Source: Hormiphora californensis
Lineage: Eukaryota > Animalia > Ctenophora
Assembly (NCBI GenBank): GCA_020137815.1
Contig: CM035359.1
Span: 7,998,001 to 8,062,000, forward strand
Direction of reading: 5' to 3'
Length of the DNA stretch: 64,000 nucleotides
The position numbers and the translations under genes are program-made. Positions 34,527-48,371 of the stretch are shown here, in pieces (the first letter of the stretch is position 1; each line of letters opens with the position of its first letter). Under the pieces are notes generated by a model. It made no database searches. It was not told the DNA's origin and worked only from the letters and a program-made list of their open reading frames with translations.

Positions 34527-35660
34527 ACAACATACACTCTCAATATCAAGGATGAGACCTACTAAACCTAATTTCAATCCCATCCGCCACATCCCAATCC
34601 ACACTCACCGATAAACCGAATAAAACAAGCCGGAACTAAAACTAACAAAAAATGGACAAACTAGGGACATTTTAAATTTTGGGTCATATATGACCCTATC
34701 GTCAAAAGAGGTACCAAATTTTACAGGAACCGACCGATTCCAAATTTCAAAACGATTCCGATAACTATCCGATTATCAAATTTTTAACCGATAACGATAA
34801 GATAACGAATTTTCAAAATTAACTATAATAAATCATCATAAGTAGTAATCTGTATCACTTAATTATCATTTATATTCTGCACAACACTCGACAATGGTAT
34901 CTGAAGTACAACTTGTGCAAGAGCATCTCGATACTCTCTGGCTTCAGCAGCCACCTCTTGGTGAACGCAGTAGCTCTCGATTCTGGATTCAGACCTTTGC
35001 ATCACGTGATAATCTATCATTGGTATTGGTATTGGTTTGATATACCATCATTTGATATGCTGGGCAGTTTGATCACGTGCTTATTAGTGGTCTGAAATTC
35101 AATCCGAGCTCTTTAGCACGGATCGTGTGTTCGGATAATCAAGCAATAGATTCTGTTCAAAGAAACCGTCTCTACTGGCTAGTTACACATTGGTCACTGA
35201 TTACATGTCCTAATTCAGTCGTCAAAAAAATCGGATTCGTTTTGTAAACTTTAACGAATACGATCCGATACCGATTCAGCAAAAATCAACGATTTTTAAA
35301 CGATTACGATTCCGATGATCGGTCGGTTCCTGAAATTTCCTGAAAACGGCTCCCACGATCAGGCCAATTGTCCGTTCTGCATAAATATCATGTTTTATTA
35401 GTAGAGGGGTTGTAGCACCGGGAGGTAATGAGTAAACACACACACACACACACACACGCATTGAGCAAGCTCGATTTTTAGCTATTCTCCGGCTGGGTAT
35501 AGGGCTGAGGTACTGGCAAGATATAGTAGGATCGCTACTGCCCACATGTCAAGTTTATTCGGATATACAAGTTTAAAAAGGTTGGGGGTCACAGGGACCG
35601 TCTAAGCTTCGCTCCCCGTTAACATTGCCTGTAACCGGGGGTCCACTTAGCTCTCATACA

Positions 35661-37213
35661 AGGTGGCCCATAAATTATGATAGCGGGGGACGAGCCGTAC
35701 CTCCGAAACGGTGATAGTTGTGCAAAAACAAACTACGGGAACATGCTGGAACAATTCCTGGACGACTTTTTGCAAATTATGAAATTTTTATTCAAAAGTT
35801 CATTTTTCATTCATGAACTTTCTACACGTTCATTAATGAATTAAGGACTCTAATTTACCAAGAGTTAGGCATTTTGTTTGGGTTGAATTTATCTTTCCAA
35901 TGAGCACCATGAAAATCAAATTGAAGCACCAGGTCACATGATAGTTGAGAAAATGCACATTCATGATTTTGGCTCTTCCTGCGACTTTCAATCGGCTGTA
36001 TCACGGCTACCTTTTGTTCAATCGTTTTAAAAATCTGGGAGAACATCGGATAAGCAAAGATCTTTCCTCACAAGAAAAATCAGGGTCAAAACTCAAAGTT
36101 CATTTTCAAGTGTTGGTAGTTCATTCCACTCATTCAGGAACCAACATCCCTAAAGTGATGAATAGTGATGGTTTTTGTTTGGCCCATACCCTGCAATGAT
36201 AGAGAGGTGTAAAATTACGTTTCCGGGCTAGTTAGTGGGTGTCCATGTGATCATGATGATATCTGACACCTTTTCTGAGCCATAATTATGGGATTTTCTC
36301 AAATTCAAGCATGTGATTTGAGTTTTTGTGATTGGTATCGTGCAGCAATGTTGAGAGATCTCATAGCACCTCACAAATGATGATTAGTTCAATGAAAGGA
36401 GTTGATTTATGATAGAAAAGATTAAAACAGACGTAAAAATGAACTAAACGATAATTTTAAATCATAAATCAACTCATTTCATTGAACTGATCATCATTTT
36501 TGAGGTGCTATGAGATCTCTCAACATTGCTGCACGATACCAATCACAAAACTCAAATCACATGCTTGAATTTGAGAAAATCCCTTAATTATGGCTCAGAA
36601 AAGGTGTCAGATATCATCATGATCACATGGACACCCACTAACTAGCCCGGAAACGTAATTTTACACCTCTCTATCATTGCAGGGTATGGGCCAAACAAAA
36701 ACCATCACTTTTCATCACTTAAGGGATGTTGGTTCCTGAATGAGTGGAATGAACTACCAACACTTGAAAATGAACTTTGAGTTTTGACCCTGATTTTTCT
36801 TGTGAGGAAAGATCTTTGCTTATCCGATGTTCTCCCAGATTTTTTAAAACGATTGAACAAAAGGTAGCCGTGATACAGCCGATTGAAAGTCGCAGGAAGA
36901 GCCAAAATCATGAATGTGCATTTTCTCAACTGCCATGTGACCTGGTGCTTCAATTTGATTTTCATGGTGCTCATTGGAAAGATAAATTCAACCCAAACAA
37001 AATGCCTAACTCTTGGTAAATTAGAGTCCTTAATTCATTAATGAACGTGTAGAAAGTTCATGAATGAAAAATGAACTTTTGAATAAAAATTTCATAATTT
37101 GCAAAAAGTCGTCCAGGAATTGTTCCAGCATGTTCCCGTAGTTTGTTTTTGCGCAACTATCACCGTTTCGGAGGTACGGCTCGTCCCCCGCTATCATAAT
37201 TTATGGGCCACCT
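35661..37213. mobile_element. Large foldback element (about 750-bp arms) in the lectin gene intron
   Basis: AGGTGGCCCATAAA...TTTATGGGCCACCT; arms differ by scattered substitutions; no clean TSD. Confidence 0.8.
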
Positions 37214-37940
37214 ACTCGGCCATTACTCCCAACCACTAGTAGTGGTTTTCAGTACCTCTTATACTGGTAAATCCGTATAGAAACAATCCTTGTGTTTTAA
37301 TAGCGATCACTCCGTATATCTTGCACTGACCCAGTATTACCACACATTAATTGTGCAATTGGCACTATGGGATTTCTCCACTGCGGCCGGCACTGTGAGT
37401 AATCAGCCACTATATAAGCTACATCTTGGTTGCTAACCAGTCAATACATTAGTAGAGGGGTTGTAGCACCGGGAGGTAATGAGTAAACACACACACACAC
37501 GCATTGAGCAAGCTCATTTTAATGAAGCCCCTCCAGAAAGCTCCCTGTGACCCCCAACCTTTTTAAACTTGTATATCCGAATAAACTTGACATGTGGGCA
37601 GTAGCGATCCTACTATATCTTGCCAGTACCTCAGCCCTATACCCTCAATGCGTGTGTGTGTGTGTTTACTCATCATGTTTTATCACTATCATGATGGCGA
37701 ATATTCGCGTAAAACCGTTTCAAACTTCATGGGAGGTCATTTTTTGCAATTTGTCAGACATGACCCTATCGTCGTTAGAATTAATTTAATGGAACCCGGT
37801 CATCAATAAAAATTACAGGTCACGCAAAGACATTGGGACACCCTGTTTAGAGGAATTATAGACGCTTTATAGACACGCTCGATCTCAAATTTTAATGAAG
37901 CCCCTCCAGAAAGCGACCATTAGGGAATATTTTAAGAGAT

Positions 37941-38217
37941 GCCAGGGTGGTGTAGTGGCCATTACACTCGCCTTCCACGCGCTAGGTCACAGGTTCGGGC
38001 CTGGACTAGCGCAATGCTACCTAGACCGCCAAGCTATGATTGGTAGAGGCTCTTTCGAGAGTTTCGCAAAGACGGTGCATATCTAACCAATAAGGTTGCC
38101 TGCTTGGGGTGGCGCTTGAGCTATGCTGCAGAGAAATCTGTACCAAAAATGGACCGTTACTGAACGCCATTCGTAATAGGAGATCAGCACCACGGCATCG
38201 TTCCGACTTACCTTACC
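37941..38217 (+). mobile_element. tRNA-derived SINE (head resembles tRNA-Gly TCC)
   Basis: A box TGGTGTAGTGG, CTTCCAC loop, GGTTCG B-box remnant, about 200-bp body, CTTAC tail. Confidence 0.6.
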
Positions 38218-38280
38218 AAATTTCAAATATCCGCAATTTAGGTCTATAATACACTCTTAAACGCAACATCTAATCACTAG

Positions 38281-38425
38281 GAGGACTATTGTGCTTCATG
38301 CAAGACGAATACTGGCTCCTTTAAGTGGTACGATGTTGGCCCACCGAGAGCTACCAATCCGGGATTGTCTGGTCAGTCCAAGAACCAGGGTTGGGCATAT
38401 TGCACCATACCAAGGCTATCTATAG
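38281..38425 (+). CDS. C-type lectin/Sushi gene, exon C (EDYCASC...KWYD...AYC)
   Basis: Phase 0 matches exon B; CTLD C-terminal ED.C...W.D...C pattern; G|GTAAG donor. Confidence 0.85.
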
Positions 38426-38511
38426 GTAAGAGGGAAACTGTTATAGCAGTAGAACTAGAACCAGACTGAAAAATCATTATGGGAAAACTTCACACATCCC
38501 TTAATTTGTAG

Positions 38512-38632
38512 GTGGTGACAGTTCTGATAGAAGGCAGTGTCTGGAGCCAAATATATCCAATGGTTACAGCTATCCTATCGGACCTATCCAATCTGGAACT
38601 AGTGTGAGCATCTTCTGTTACCCCGGGTTCAG
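38512..38632 (+). CDS. C-type lectin/Sushi gene, exon D, first half of a Sushi/CCP domain (CLEPNISNG...GTSVSIFCYPGF)
   Basis: TTTGTAG acceptor, AG|GTAAGT donor, phase matches exon C. Confidence 0.88.
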
Positions 38633-38761
38633 GTAAGTACGGTCGTTCTTTTGGACTTTTGGAGCATTTGCATATTCTCATTTCTTTCGAGAACCGCTTG
38701 GCAGCGAAGCTGCCAACTACGTCGGAGACTTCGCTGCGCTCCCCTGCACGTAGGGCTGGCC

Positions 38762-39595
38762 CTAGAAACCGGCGATAATATCCAATCGAATTGAAAGTTC
38801 GAGAGATCGAATCGAATCGAATCGAATCGAGTAATTTTTGAGCTCAAAGATTGAATCGAGATCGAATCGATAAATTTGGGGGGGGGGGGGGCTTTTTTTG
38901 GCTTTTTTTGATCTGGCTTTTTTTGATCTGGCTTTTTTTGGCTTTTTTTGATCTGGCTTTTTTTGGATCTGGCTTTTTTTGGCCTTTTTTGGCTTTTTTG
39001 ATCTGGCTTTTTTTGATTTGGCAGTTTTGATCTGGCTTTTTTTGGCTTTTTTTGATCTGGCTTTTTTTGATCTGGCTTTTTTTGGCTTTTTTTGATCTGG
39101 CTTTTTTTGGCTTTTTTTGATCTGGCTTTTTTTGGCTTTTTTTGATCTGGCTTTTTTTAAATCAAACTTTTTTCGGTAAAAAAATATTTCCCTATCGATA
39201 TAAAATGATAAAACTAGATCAAAGAAGCCATTTTAAAGTGTTTTTAGTGTCATACAGACCATATAATGTCAGAATTACATGCCAAAATGAACAAAAAAGT
39301 AGGGCCAAAAAAAGCCAAAAAAAGCCAAAAAAAGCCAAACCCGCCCTAAAATCCGGGATTGATCTGGCTTTTTTTTTGGCCTTGGCCCCCCCCCCCCCCC
39401 ATTTTGATCGGCCACCCAAAGACCGAATCGAGATCGAAAAGAAAATGTCAAACATATTCAGTTCCTAGCCAGTAGAAACCGGCGATATTATAGGATCGAA
39501 TCGAAAGATCGAATCGAATCGAGATCAAATCGAAAGTTTTGATCACTCAACGATCGAATCGAGATCGAATCGATATTTTTGGGGGGGGGGGGCGG
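38762..39595. repeat. DNA-transposon relics with GATCTGGCTTTTTTT and AATCG tandem arrays
   Basis: TAGAAACCGGCGATA occurs at 38762 and 39473; internal repeats in both orientations. Confidence 0.6.
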
Positions 39596-39638
39596 CTGAA
39601 GTTTTTGAAGTTTGAAGTTTTCCACCCTACTTTTTGAG

Positions 39639-41258
39639 TCACTGCGCTGGCAAGCGCAAAGGTGACCACCACCTCCCCCCAGCCGTGCGTGCCAGAAAGC
39701 AGTAATAAGCTTTTTCAGTTTTTAGCCAAAAATGACGCCCATAGCGAAGCCCCCACTGCACCAATCGGTCTGAAATTTGGTATACAGTGTCATGTAGACT
39801 AGATCTATTGGAGTTCAAAAGGGCAAATCTCTATCTCTTTTAGTTTCAGAGTTATGACATGGTGAAAAAAGCAATAAATGTCCCTGGTCTATATATCCAT
39901 GTACATACATACATACATACATACATATTGTTCTACCTTGCTAATTGGAGAGAACTGGGATCTATGATAACTTTGATTGGTGATAACTTTGATAACTTTG
40001 ATTCTTTGATTTTTTTGACTGCTAACACATGCTTTGATTTGTTGTTTAGGAACTCTTAAAATATATAAAAACGTCGGACAAATTGGAATAAATAAATCTC
40101 GCTCTGCCAGCGCGCGCGGCCTCGTACAACTACAAAAGTTAGAAGCCGCGCGTGCTGACCCTAACACATATATATATTATACCAAAACTAATTAAAATTA
40201 GTGGCCGGAAAGGTTACCCTACTATTTGAGCTACCTTTGCCACCTTAACATTCAGAGGGTACAGACAGGTTACAGAAGCTTCGCCTATCTTCACAAGGGA
40301 ATGTAATGGTACCAAAGGTAGCTCAAATAGTAGGGCAACCTTTCCGGCCACTAATTTTAATTAGTTTTGGTATAATATGCATCATTTTTGGGATTTTTTT
40401 ATCCCTCAAGATGTAGTAGAATAGGTACAGAGAGGTTAAAATCGCAAAATTGCGAATTTTTCATTTTTGACGTCATTCTGACGTCATAACGCGACGTCAC
40501 GACGTTATGACGTCATAATGATGACGTAATATCATCGGGAGTACCTAGATGAAGATACTGACCAAGTTTGAGATTGATTGGATGAGATTTGAGTCCGCTA
40601 TGGCGAAAAACCCCATATCGTCATATCTAATTTTAAACAGTCATAACACTTTAGACGCGTTTTAAGACCCTTATACATCTAGTTTTGAAAAATTTGCAAT
40701 CCAGTTTCTGAAAGTTCAGACAATTCTCTTTCCATGATATTCTCTTCGTTTTTCGATTAGAATCCGTCTTCAGGGTGTAAAATGAGCTCAAAGAAGTTTG
40801 GTCAGTGTGTAAATAAATGACGACTTTAAGACGTTCTGTAGGACGTTCCTGGGGATGATTGAAAACCTCACCCCGCTAATAACACAATAATCGGGATTAG
40901 ATTTACAAGCTAGTGAAAACGAGAAGTCTCTATCTCTTTCCGTTTGTTCAGAACCGTGCTCAGAAAAAGCGTCTCTCCTACGCGCGCACGCGTCCGTTAC
41001 ACTGAATCTATAGCAAATGGGACCGGTCTGTAACTTCGGACCCAAATGAGATAGAGACTTGAAATTTTAAACTTAAGTAAAAGACCCCAAGCCGGGTATA
41101 CATTCCAAATTTCAAGTCAATCGGATGAAAGGGGGAGACGCTATAGCCTTCTGAATTCCGGTTTTTCAGCCAAACACCCATAAAACGTATAACTGCGTTT
41201 CTGGCAGCGCTTTTGGGGGGGGGGGGGAATAGCAACCTTTGCGCTTGCCAGCGCAGTG
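39639..41258. repeat. Two oppositely oriented HINE/DINE-like ends (about 39639-39860 and 40990-41258)
   Basis: TCACTGCGCTGGCAAGCGCAAAGGT hairpin end; TGAAATTTGG and TCTCTATCTCTTTTAGTTTC core recall Helentron-derived elements. Confidence 0.4.
40174..40378. mobile_element. Inverted-repeat element related to 3083-3621
   Basis: ATATTATACCAAAACTAATTAAAATTAGTGGCCGGAAAGG and reverse complement. Confidence 0.7.
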
Positions 41259-41741
41259 ATAGACGCTTTTTTACACAATTTGCAGACAATTTTCTGGAAA
41301 AACTACAAGAGATAGACACTTCTCGTTTGAATCATTCAAAGGATAATCGTTTGAATTGTGGTATTGGACGGTTTTCATGTTCTAGGTCCAACCAAAAACC
41401 TTAAAAACTGTCATAAAGTTAAGTCATTTTTCAAATCGACGAAATTTCTTTGAGCTCAATTTACACCCTGAAGACGGCTTCTGATTGGAAAACGGAGACC
41501 ACACTTAAGAAATATAATCGTCTAAACTTTCAGAAACTATATTGCAAATTTGTGAAACTCTATTTCCAAGGGTCTTAAATCGCGTCTGAAGTTTTAAGAC
41601 TGTATGAAAATAGATATGACAATAATGCGTTTTTCGCCATAGCGACCTCAAATCTTGTCCAATCGATCTAAAACTTGGTCAGCATCTTTATCTAGATGAG
41701 CCTGATAATAATTGTTGACTATCATGACGTTATAACGTCGT

Positions 41742-43348
41742 TGTTGTTGTTTGTGCCTCCCACTTCCAATCCCACGGCTGCTTCATGGTCCAGCGTGACC
41801 AGATCATCAACCCGAAGGTGAGATCAAGATTCATAGATATGTATCCCAGATCGGTCAGCTTTCGTTTCCTGAGGTCACAACACACACAAGGTGTCGTTTC
41901 CCCAGGAGGCGGAGCTTCCTTCTCCATGACCTCTGGATCATAAAGCATGTTGCTGTGGTTTTGCACCCGTACTTTATTGTACAGGTCTTGGGTTTCACTC
42001 ATAACGGGGGTTCCCTTTATAAGAGATGTAGCTTTGGACAGGATGAAAGCGGCCTTTGGACAGAGGTTACTTTCATATTTGCGTACTTACCCTCTGGTTT
42101 AACGAACCAGTACATCCCGTTTGGGTTAACGGGCAGGGGTTTTGGCCCCTGTGGGTATTACGTCCCCTCCGATCTTGTTTTGTTTGTTGAGCCCCTTTCC
42201 TCCCCATCTTAGCGGAATCGGTTGCTTCTCTTTATTAGTTTTGCGAGTTTGTTTAGGTTAAAGTGTCTCGTTTCAGATTTGTATGATTTTTCTCTTATTG
42301 TTTACTCACAATAAGAGGCGTCCGAGTTTATGTTTTGCCTCATCGAGGTCCGGGCAAAACATGAGGACATGTTCTGAGTTCTCTTTTACCTTACACGGTG
42401 TGCAATTTGGGTCGATTTTGTTGTCTTTGATTTGTTGGGCTGATGCCAGCTTGTTTGTCCTGATATGGCTTGTGTTAGTTGTCTTAGGCTTTTTGTCTTT
42501 ATCATGTTGTACTGTTTGTATAGTTTTGGTAGTACTGCTGTAGTGAAAACGTTATACTTTTTCGTTTGTATTTCTTTGAAGATAGTTTTATTTAAGTGTA
42601 TCGAGATGATAGGTTACTAGTCATTTAATAGTTTAAATTTGATATGTCTGGTCGTCACTCCATTCGAGAGAGGTATGCGTAGTAACTCCCCGAATGACGT
42701 GGGCTACGAAAGAAGTACCATGATGGTTTTTCTCCTACTCAGTCTGGAATTTTGCTGAGTAGTAGTCCCAGATATCCCTTTATCCTGACCCAAGGCTGGG
42801 CAGCCAAGTCTGGGCGGTCAGGAGGGTGGTATGCCACCAGCTTGGAATTCCCTTTATCCTGACCCAAGGCTGGGAGGTCAGGAGGGTGGTATGCCACCAG
42901 CTTGGATATCCCTTTATCCTGACCCAAGGCTGGGAGGTCAGGAGGGTGATGTGCCATCTTCTGTTTCTCCCACCCTTTGCCTGATGGGCTTTAATGGCAA
43001 AGGACGGGTTTTGGCCGGTATTTAGCCAGTCTACTTTGGCCCAGTGCACAAGGCTGGGGAGATGGTGTAATACCGGCCGGGGGTATCTCTAGTCAGAGAG
43101 AGATGAGTCATGAGCGGATTAGAGAAAGGAAAAGAGAAAAACACACCATCCAAGGAGGGCAGCTCTGTTTCCTTGGAGTGGTATGTGAGATGCTCCAGGC
43201 AGTTCAAGAGCTTCATGGTTTACCCCGGGGTATGCCGGGTCACCCCTGAAGATTCCCTGTCTGGTCTGTAGGACACTATTGCTATCTAAAATAATAGACA
43301 TTAGCCGCGGCCTGCATCTCAAGGGCGTGGGAAGGAATCTCACCATCC
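41742..43348 (-). mobile_element. Bipartite non-autonomous LINE derivative (5' region plus 3' zinc finger, no EN/RT)
   Basis: 12-bp TSD TTATAACGTCGT; (CAA)n tail; CTPCKVKENSEHVLMFC zinc finger at about 42350-42405; 60-bp tandem repeats 42771-42957. Confidence 0.75.
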
Positions 43349-44113
43349 TTATAACGTCGTGACGTCACGCTATGACGTCACAAAGACGTCAAAATTGAAA
43401 TTTTCGTACTCCTGACGATCTTTACAAGTTCTGCTACGTCCAGACATGTCTTACATCGTATTTCACATCAGAAAATACCAAAAATGAACCTAAATTATGC
43501 CGGGCAAAGGTGTCAGTTTGACAACAAAAGTGGTCACCTTTCCAGCCAACTAATTTCTTTTAGTTTTTGGCATAATAATGTAATAGATTTTTGTAGCTCA
43601 TCAGGAACCGGAGATGTGACCAATTATGATAATGCCAAAGGAAACTTACGCGGTTATTATCATAAGTGATCATATCTCCGGTTCCTGATGAGCTACAGAA
43701 ATCGTTTGCATACCGTTGGAAAGGGAATGGCGAAGGTTTGAAGTCTTTATCTTATCAGGAACAGGAGTTATGAGCCAAAACGTGAAAAGTCAATCTTGAA
43801 AAACTTTTTCTTGCGTGTTTTTTGAAAAACGAAATTGGTTTGGCAAGCATTTTTTTTTGCGCATACCACGCTAGTGTCTCCCACTACTATCAGTGACTTT
43901 TATTACACTTGTTTAGGTTAGTTTCATGCTTAATAGATATTGTGGCAAAGTTATCCGGCCTTGTCTGCCCTTTTTCTACCACAAATTAGGATATTTACAA
44001 TGATTCCTAGCCATGAAATCCAAGCACAATTTGGTGTAAAAAATTTAATTTCTTTATAAAAACAAATTTGATTTTAATTTAAATTAGGATTTTATATAAA
44101 TTAGGATTTATAT

Positions 44114-44263
44114 AAATTAAGTCCAAAAACCAATTAAATAAATTAGTTTGGATGCCCGGGCCCATGTGGTGTCACGGGGGTAATACCTTTAGGCTACTGC
44201 CATAATTAACGGCATATCTCGTTAAGTTATCCTTCAATCTTTCTATCTCTATCTATCTCTCTC

Positions 44264-44346
<83 letters not shown>

Positions 44347-44591
44347 CACTATTTCTCTTTCTCTTTCTCTCTCACTGTTTCTTTCACTATATCTCTCTTT
44401 TTTTCTCTCTCCTCTTATTTATCTCTCCGTCTTTCTTGATTATATCTCACTCTTTCTATCCTATTTTTCATTGCCTTTATCTCTCTCGATATCCATCATT
44501 TATGACAGTAGCCTAAAGGTATTACCCCCGTGACACCACATGGGCCCGGGCATCCAAACTAATTTATTTAATTGGTTTTTGGACTTAATTT
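44114..44591. mobile_element. Inverted-repeat element enclosing a (CT)n microsatellite
   Basis: About 85-bp IRs AAATTAAGTCCAAAAACCAATTAAATAAATTAGTTTGGATGCCCGGG; another right end at about 47421-47475. Confidence 0.75.
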
Positions 44592-45140
44592 CTATTCTTT
44601 TTGGTGTTAAATAGCTATTTTTTCTGATTTCTGCATATTTTCGAACTTGAATAGTTCATAAATATGCGAATAACGACTAAACGGTGAGAGATACGACTTT
44701 TTGTCAGGGGGACCACCCCTCATAAATCGACTATTCTGCGCCGGAATATGTCCATGAAAACGTCCTAGGACCAGCCGAAGTGGAAATATTAAGAACTAGA
44801 AAGCCCGTTAAAGTAGAGCACCCGTTGACCCAAATCCCCACACCCTCCCTGACCCAGGAGCACCCCTCTCACCCGCTGGAAAGCCCGTTGGTTGGACCCC
44901 GTTGATATCTCTCTCTCTCTATCTCTCTCTCTCTCACTCTCTCTTTCTCCATCTCTCTCTATCTCTCTCTACTTCTCTGTCTCTATCTCTCTGTCCATCT
45001 ATCTCTATCTCTCTCTCGCTGTCCCTATATCTCTATCTCTCTCGCTGTCCCTATATCGCTATCTTTCTCGATCCATCTCTCTGTCTCTCTAGCTATCTCC
45101 TCCCTCTCTCTCTCCCCCCTCTCTCTCGCCCTCATTCTCT

Positions 45141-45261
<121 letters not shown>

Positions 45262-45695
45262 TCCCTCTCACTCTCTCACTCCATCATGTCGGTGTCGGGC
45301 TGATGAATATAGAGGATGGTAGAGTGGTAGGAATCGTGATGAACATCAAGGGTGATGAGAAGAGAGCCGCTTGAAACATGCCGAATTGGTGATAATATCA
45401 CTGATAAACATCCGTAGAATTGTAGCTGTTTAGAGTAATCAACGGGGTACGTATAGGTAGAAAATCTTTGGCATTCATCGGGGCAGCAACAGTAGATGAC
45501 ACACCACCACAAAACACCGCAGGAACACGAAACACAACACCCAACAACATGCACGTGCAGTATTCAGACCCTTGCCCACCAACCATAACAACCCCTTGAT
45601 TTGCACGGGCAAATGGGCAAATTGTTGCACGCTAGTGTTGCAAGCTAGGATACTCCATCACTACCACGCCACTCATTTGTACTTTATAATAAGGA

Positions 45696-45990
45696 CTAGC
45701 GCACCCATTGGGTGCGCCTCAAGTTAGGGCTTTTTGATAACCCATCCGGCTTCGCCGGGTGGTTCTTTTCGCCCATTTCAACGTCAATAACACGGTTGCC
45801 ATGGCAACTGAATTGTTGAAATTCATTTGAAAATATTAACAAACTTCCACTGGAAGTTCCAAAAGTGTGAATAACAGCTTTACAGCTTTGGTCATATGAA
45901 GTGTTTTATGAAGGAGCAGTCTGTCGCTTAGATACCGCCTAACGAACGACCACCACTTCGACGTCGTTCATCTCCAAATTATAATAGAGA
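45696..45990 (-). mobile_element. Non-autonomous Helitron
   Basis: 5' TC start, GCGCACCCAATGGGTGCGC hairpin, CTAG end, inserted between A and T. Confidence 0.85.
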
Positions 45991-46430
45991 TATGCATTAA
46001 ATCATGAATCGGTGCATAAATATGCAAATAACGGCTTAACGGTGCCAGATAGAGATTTTTGTTCCGAGTGAGACCCCCCATAAATCGACTATTTTGCGTC
46101 GAAATATGTCCATGAAAATGTTCTAGGATCAGCTGAACTGGAAACATTCAGAATATGCATTAAATCATGAATCGGTGCATAAATATGCAAATAACGGCTT
46201 AACGGTGCGAGATACGACTTTTTGTCCAGGGGACGACCCCCCATAAATCGACTATTTTGCGTCGAAATATGTCCATGAAAACGTTCTAGGACCAGCCGAA
46301 GTGAAAATATTAAAAATATGCATAAAATCGTAAATAGGTGCATTAATATGCAAATAACGGCTTAACGGTGCGAGATAGAGATTTTTGTCCCGAGTAAGAA
46401 CCCCCATAAATCGACGATTCCGCGTCGAAT
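45991..46430 (+). repeat. About 160-bp tandem repeat (further unit at about 44650-44793)
   Basis: CCCCATAAATCGACTATTTTGCGTCGAAATATGTCCATGAAAA recurs. Confidence 0.8.
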
Positions 46431-47078
46431 AAGACCGGTTTCAAGATTCTATGACCTTCCAGTCGTGTCATATCGCGACCATGAATATTTAATGACTAAT
46501 TAATGAATAATTAATGAACTGTGGCGATTTCGAAGTTCTCACACAGCTATTACCGAGCGCAATGATGTAAGGAAACACTGTTCCAAACGGCAAGTCTCTA
46601 CTATTTGTGGTTTAGGAGAACACTCAAAGATAAAAAAGCGTCCTCCTCCCCTCCCCCTCCTTACATTTTTGCATTTTGGGACCCCTCTGGCAAATTTTTA
46701 CTTAACATCCGATCGTTCTGAAAATTTGCATGCCTCTTCTCCTATATGAGGGCCCTCAGAGTACAAAATTTCAGCTCTCTACTTCATCTGGAACATGCTT
46801 TTTTAAAGCATCAAAAACTCCGAAATCTGCAATGGTTTATAGTAGCACTGGCAGGTTTTCATGCGCTTGTGTGTAGAAGTTTTGCGTGTGCTCTCTCTTT
46901 TGTTTTTTGAGTTAGAGGGTATTTCTAAGGTGAGGGCTCTGCCCCCACACCCCCGTTTATGGTGGGGGCTGTGCCCCCACACCCCCCTTTTGGGCCCGGG
47001 GCACTTGCCAGTGCTATGATTAGGATTTATAAAAACAAATTTAATTTTAATTTAAATTAGGATAGAAAGAGTGAGATA

Positions 47079-47126
<48 letters not shown>

Positions 47127-48015
47127 AGCGAGAGAGAAGCAGAGGAGGGGCGGGCATCGCGAGAGAGAAGAGAGAGAAGACGAGCGAGAGAGAGAGCGAT
47201 CGCACTGCCGATCCTCTCGCTCTCTCTCGCTCTCTCTCTTCGCTCTCTCATCTCGCTCGTCTTCTCTCTCTCTCGCTCTCTCTCGTCTCTGCCTCTCTCT
47301 CTCGCTCTCTCTCTCTCGCTGTCGTCCCCGCTCTTCGCGATCTTAGGTCCTCCCTCTACTTACAGTATCTCCCGTTAATTTCTCGCTCTTAGCTTTTCTT
47401 TCCTTACCTCCCCCCGTACTCCACATGGGCCCGGGCATCCAAACTAATTTATTGAATTGGTTTTTGGACTTAATTCATATACTAGTGAGGTGTCAATACT
47501 CTTTTCAGTACCCGGGGATCTGTTAAGCTAGCTTGTCTTAATGGCCAGTTATCGTGGACTTCTGATCGGAACTGCTACCCTAGTATAAACTGTTTTGGGG
47601 TATGTCGTGCGTATGTGCGTGTATGACACAATAGATCAATAAATCAATCAAAACTGCCGCTGGCAGTGGCATGTCCCGCAATAAATCATATAATGTCAAG
47701 AAAACTATCCACACTGGACAAAACTTGGTGGCGAATGGCGATACAGGGTGGCGCATCAGAATTAATAACACGAAGACGGGTAAGGTCTTTTGTGTGCGTT
47801 TACCATGTTACCCTAACCTGGTACCCACCATGTCAATTTGTTTCACGCAGTTAGTAGTAGTAATAATTATTATTTAAAATTATTATTATTTAAAATAAAT
47901 CAGTAAAGTGAAACTTACAAAGTAATACAAGATTTAATAATCGTCTAATCAAGTTTCATGCTTTCACAATCGTCAGACGATTGTGAAAGCATGAAACTTG
48001 AGTAAACGATTATTA

Positions 48016-48130
48016 AATTTAGGGTAGGTCTGAATTTAGGGTAGGTCTGAATTTAGGGTAGGTCTGAATTTAGGGTAGGTCTGAATTTCGGGTAGGCCAA
48101 TTTAGGGTAGGTCTAAATTAAAGGTAGGTC
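48016..48130 (+). repeat. 17-bp minisatellite (TTAGGGTAGGTCTGAAT)n next to a palindrome at about 47933-48020
   Basis: Read directly from the sequence. Confidence 0.9.
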
Positions 48131-48371
48131 CGTAACGTATCGTTTATGAAATCATGATTAGATCGCTGAACCGTGTCCCGTATCTCGTATCAACTCATTG
48201 CAATTCGAGGTTAGACACAGATTAGTTCACTGAACCACTTCCCGTATCTCGTATCAACTCATTACAATTCGATGTTAGACACACTAGATCAGGTCGCTGA
48301 ACCACATCTCGTATCAACTCATTGCAATTCGATTTTAGACACAGATCAGGTTGCTGAACTACGTCCCGTAT

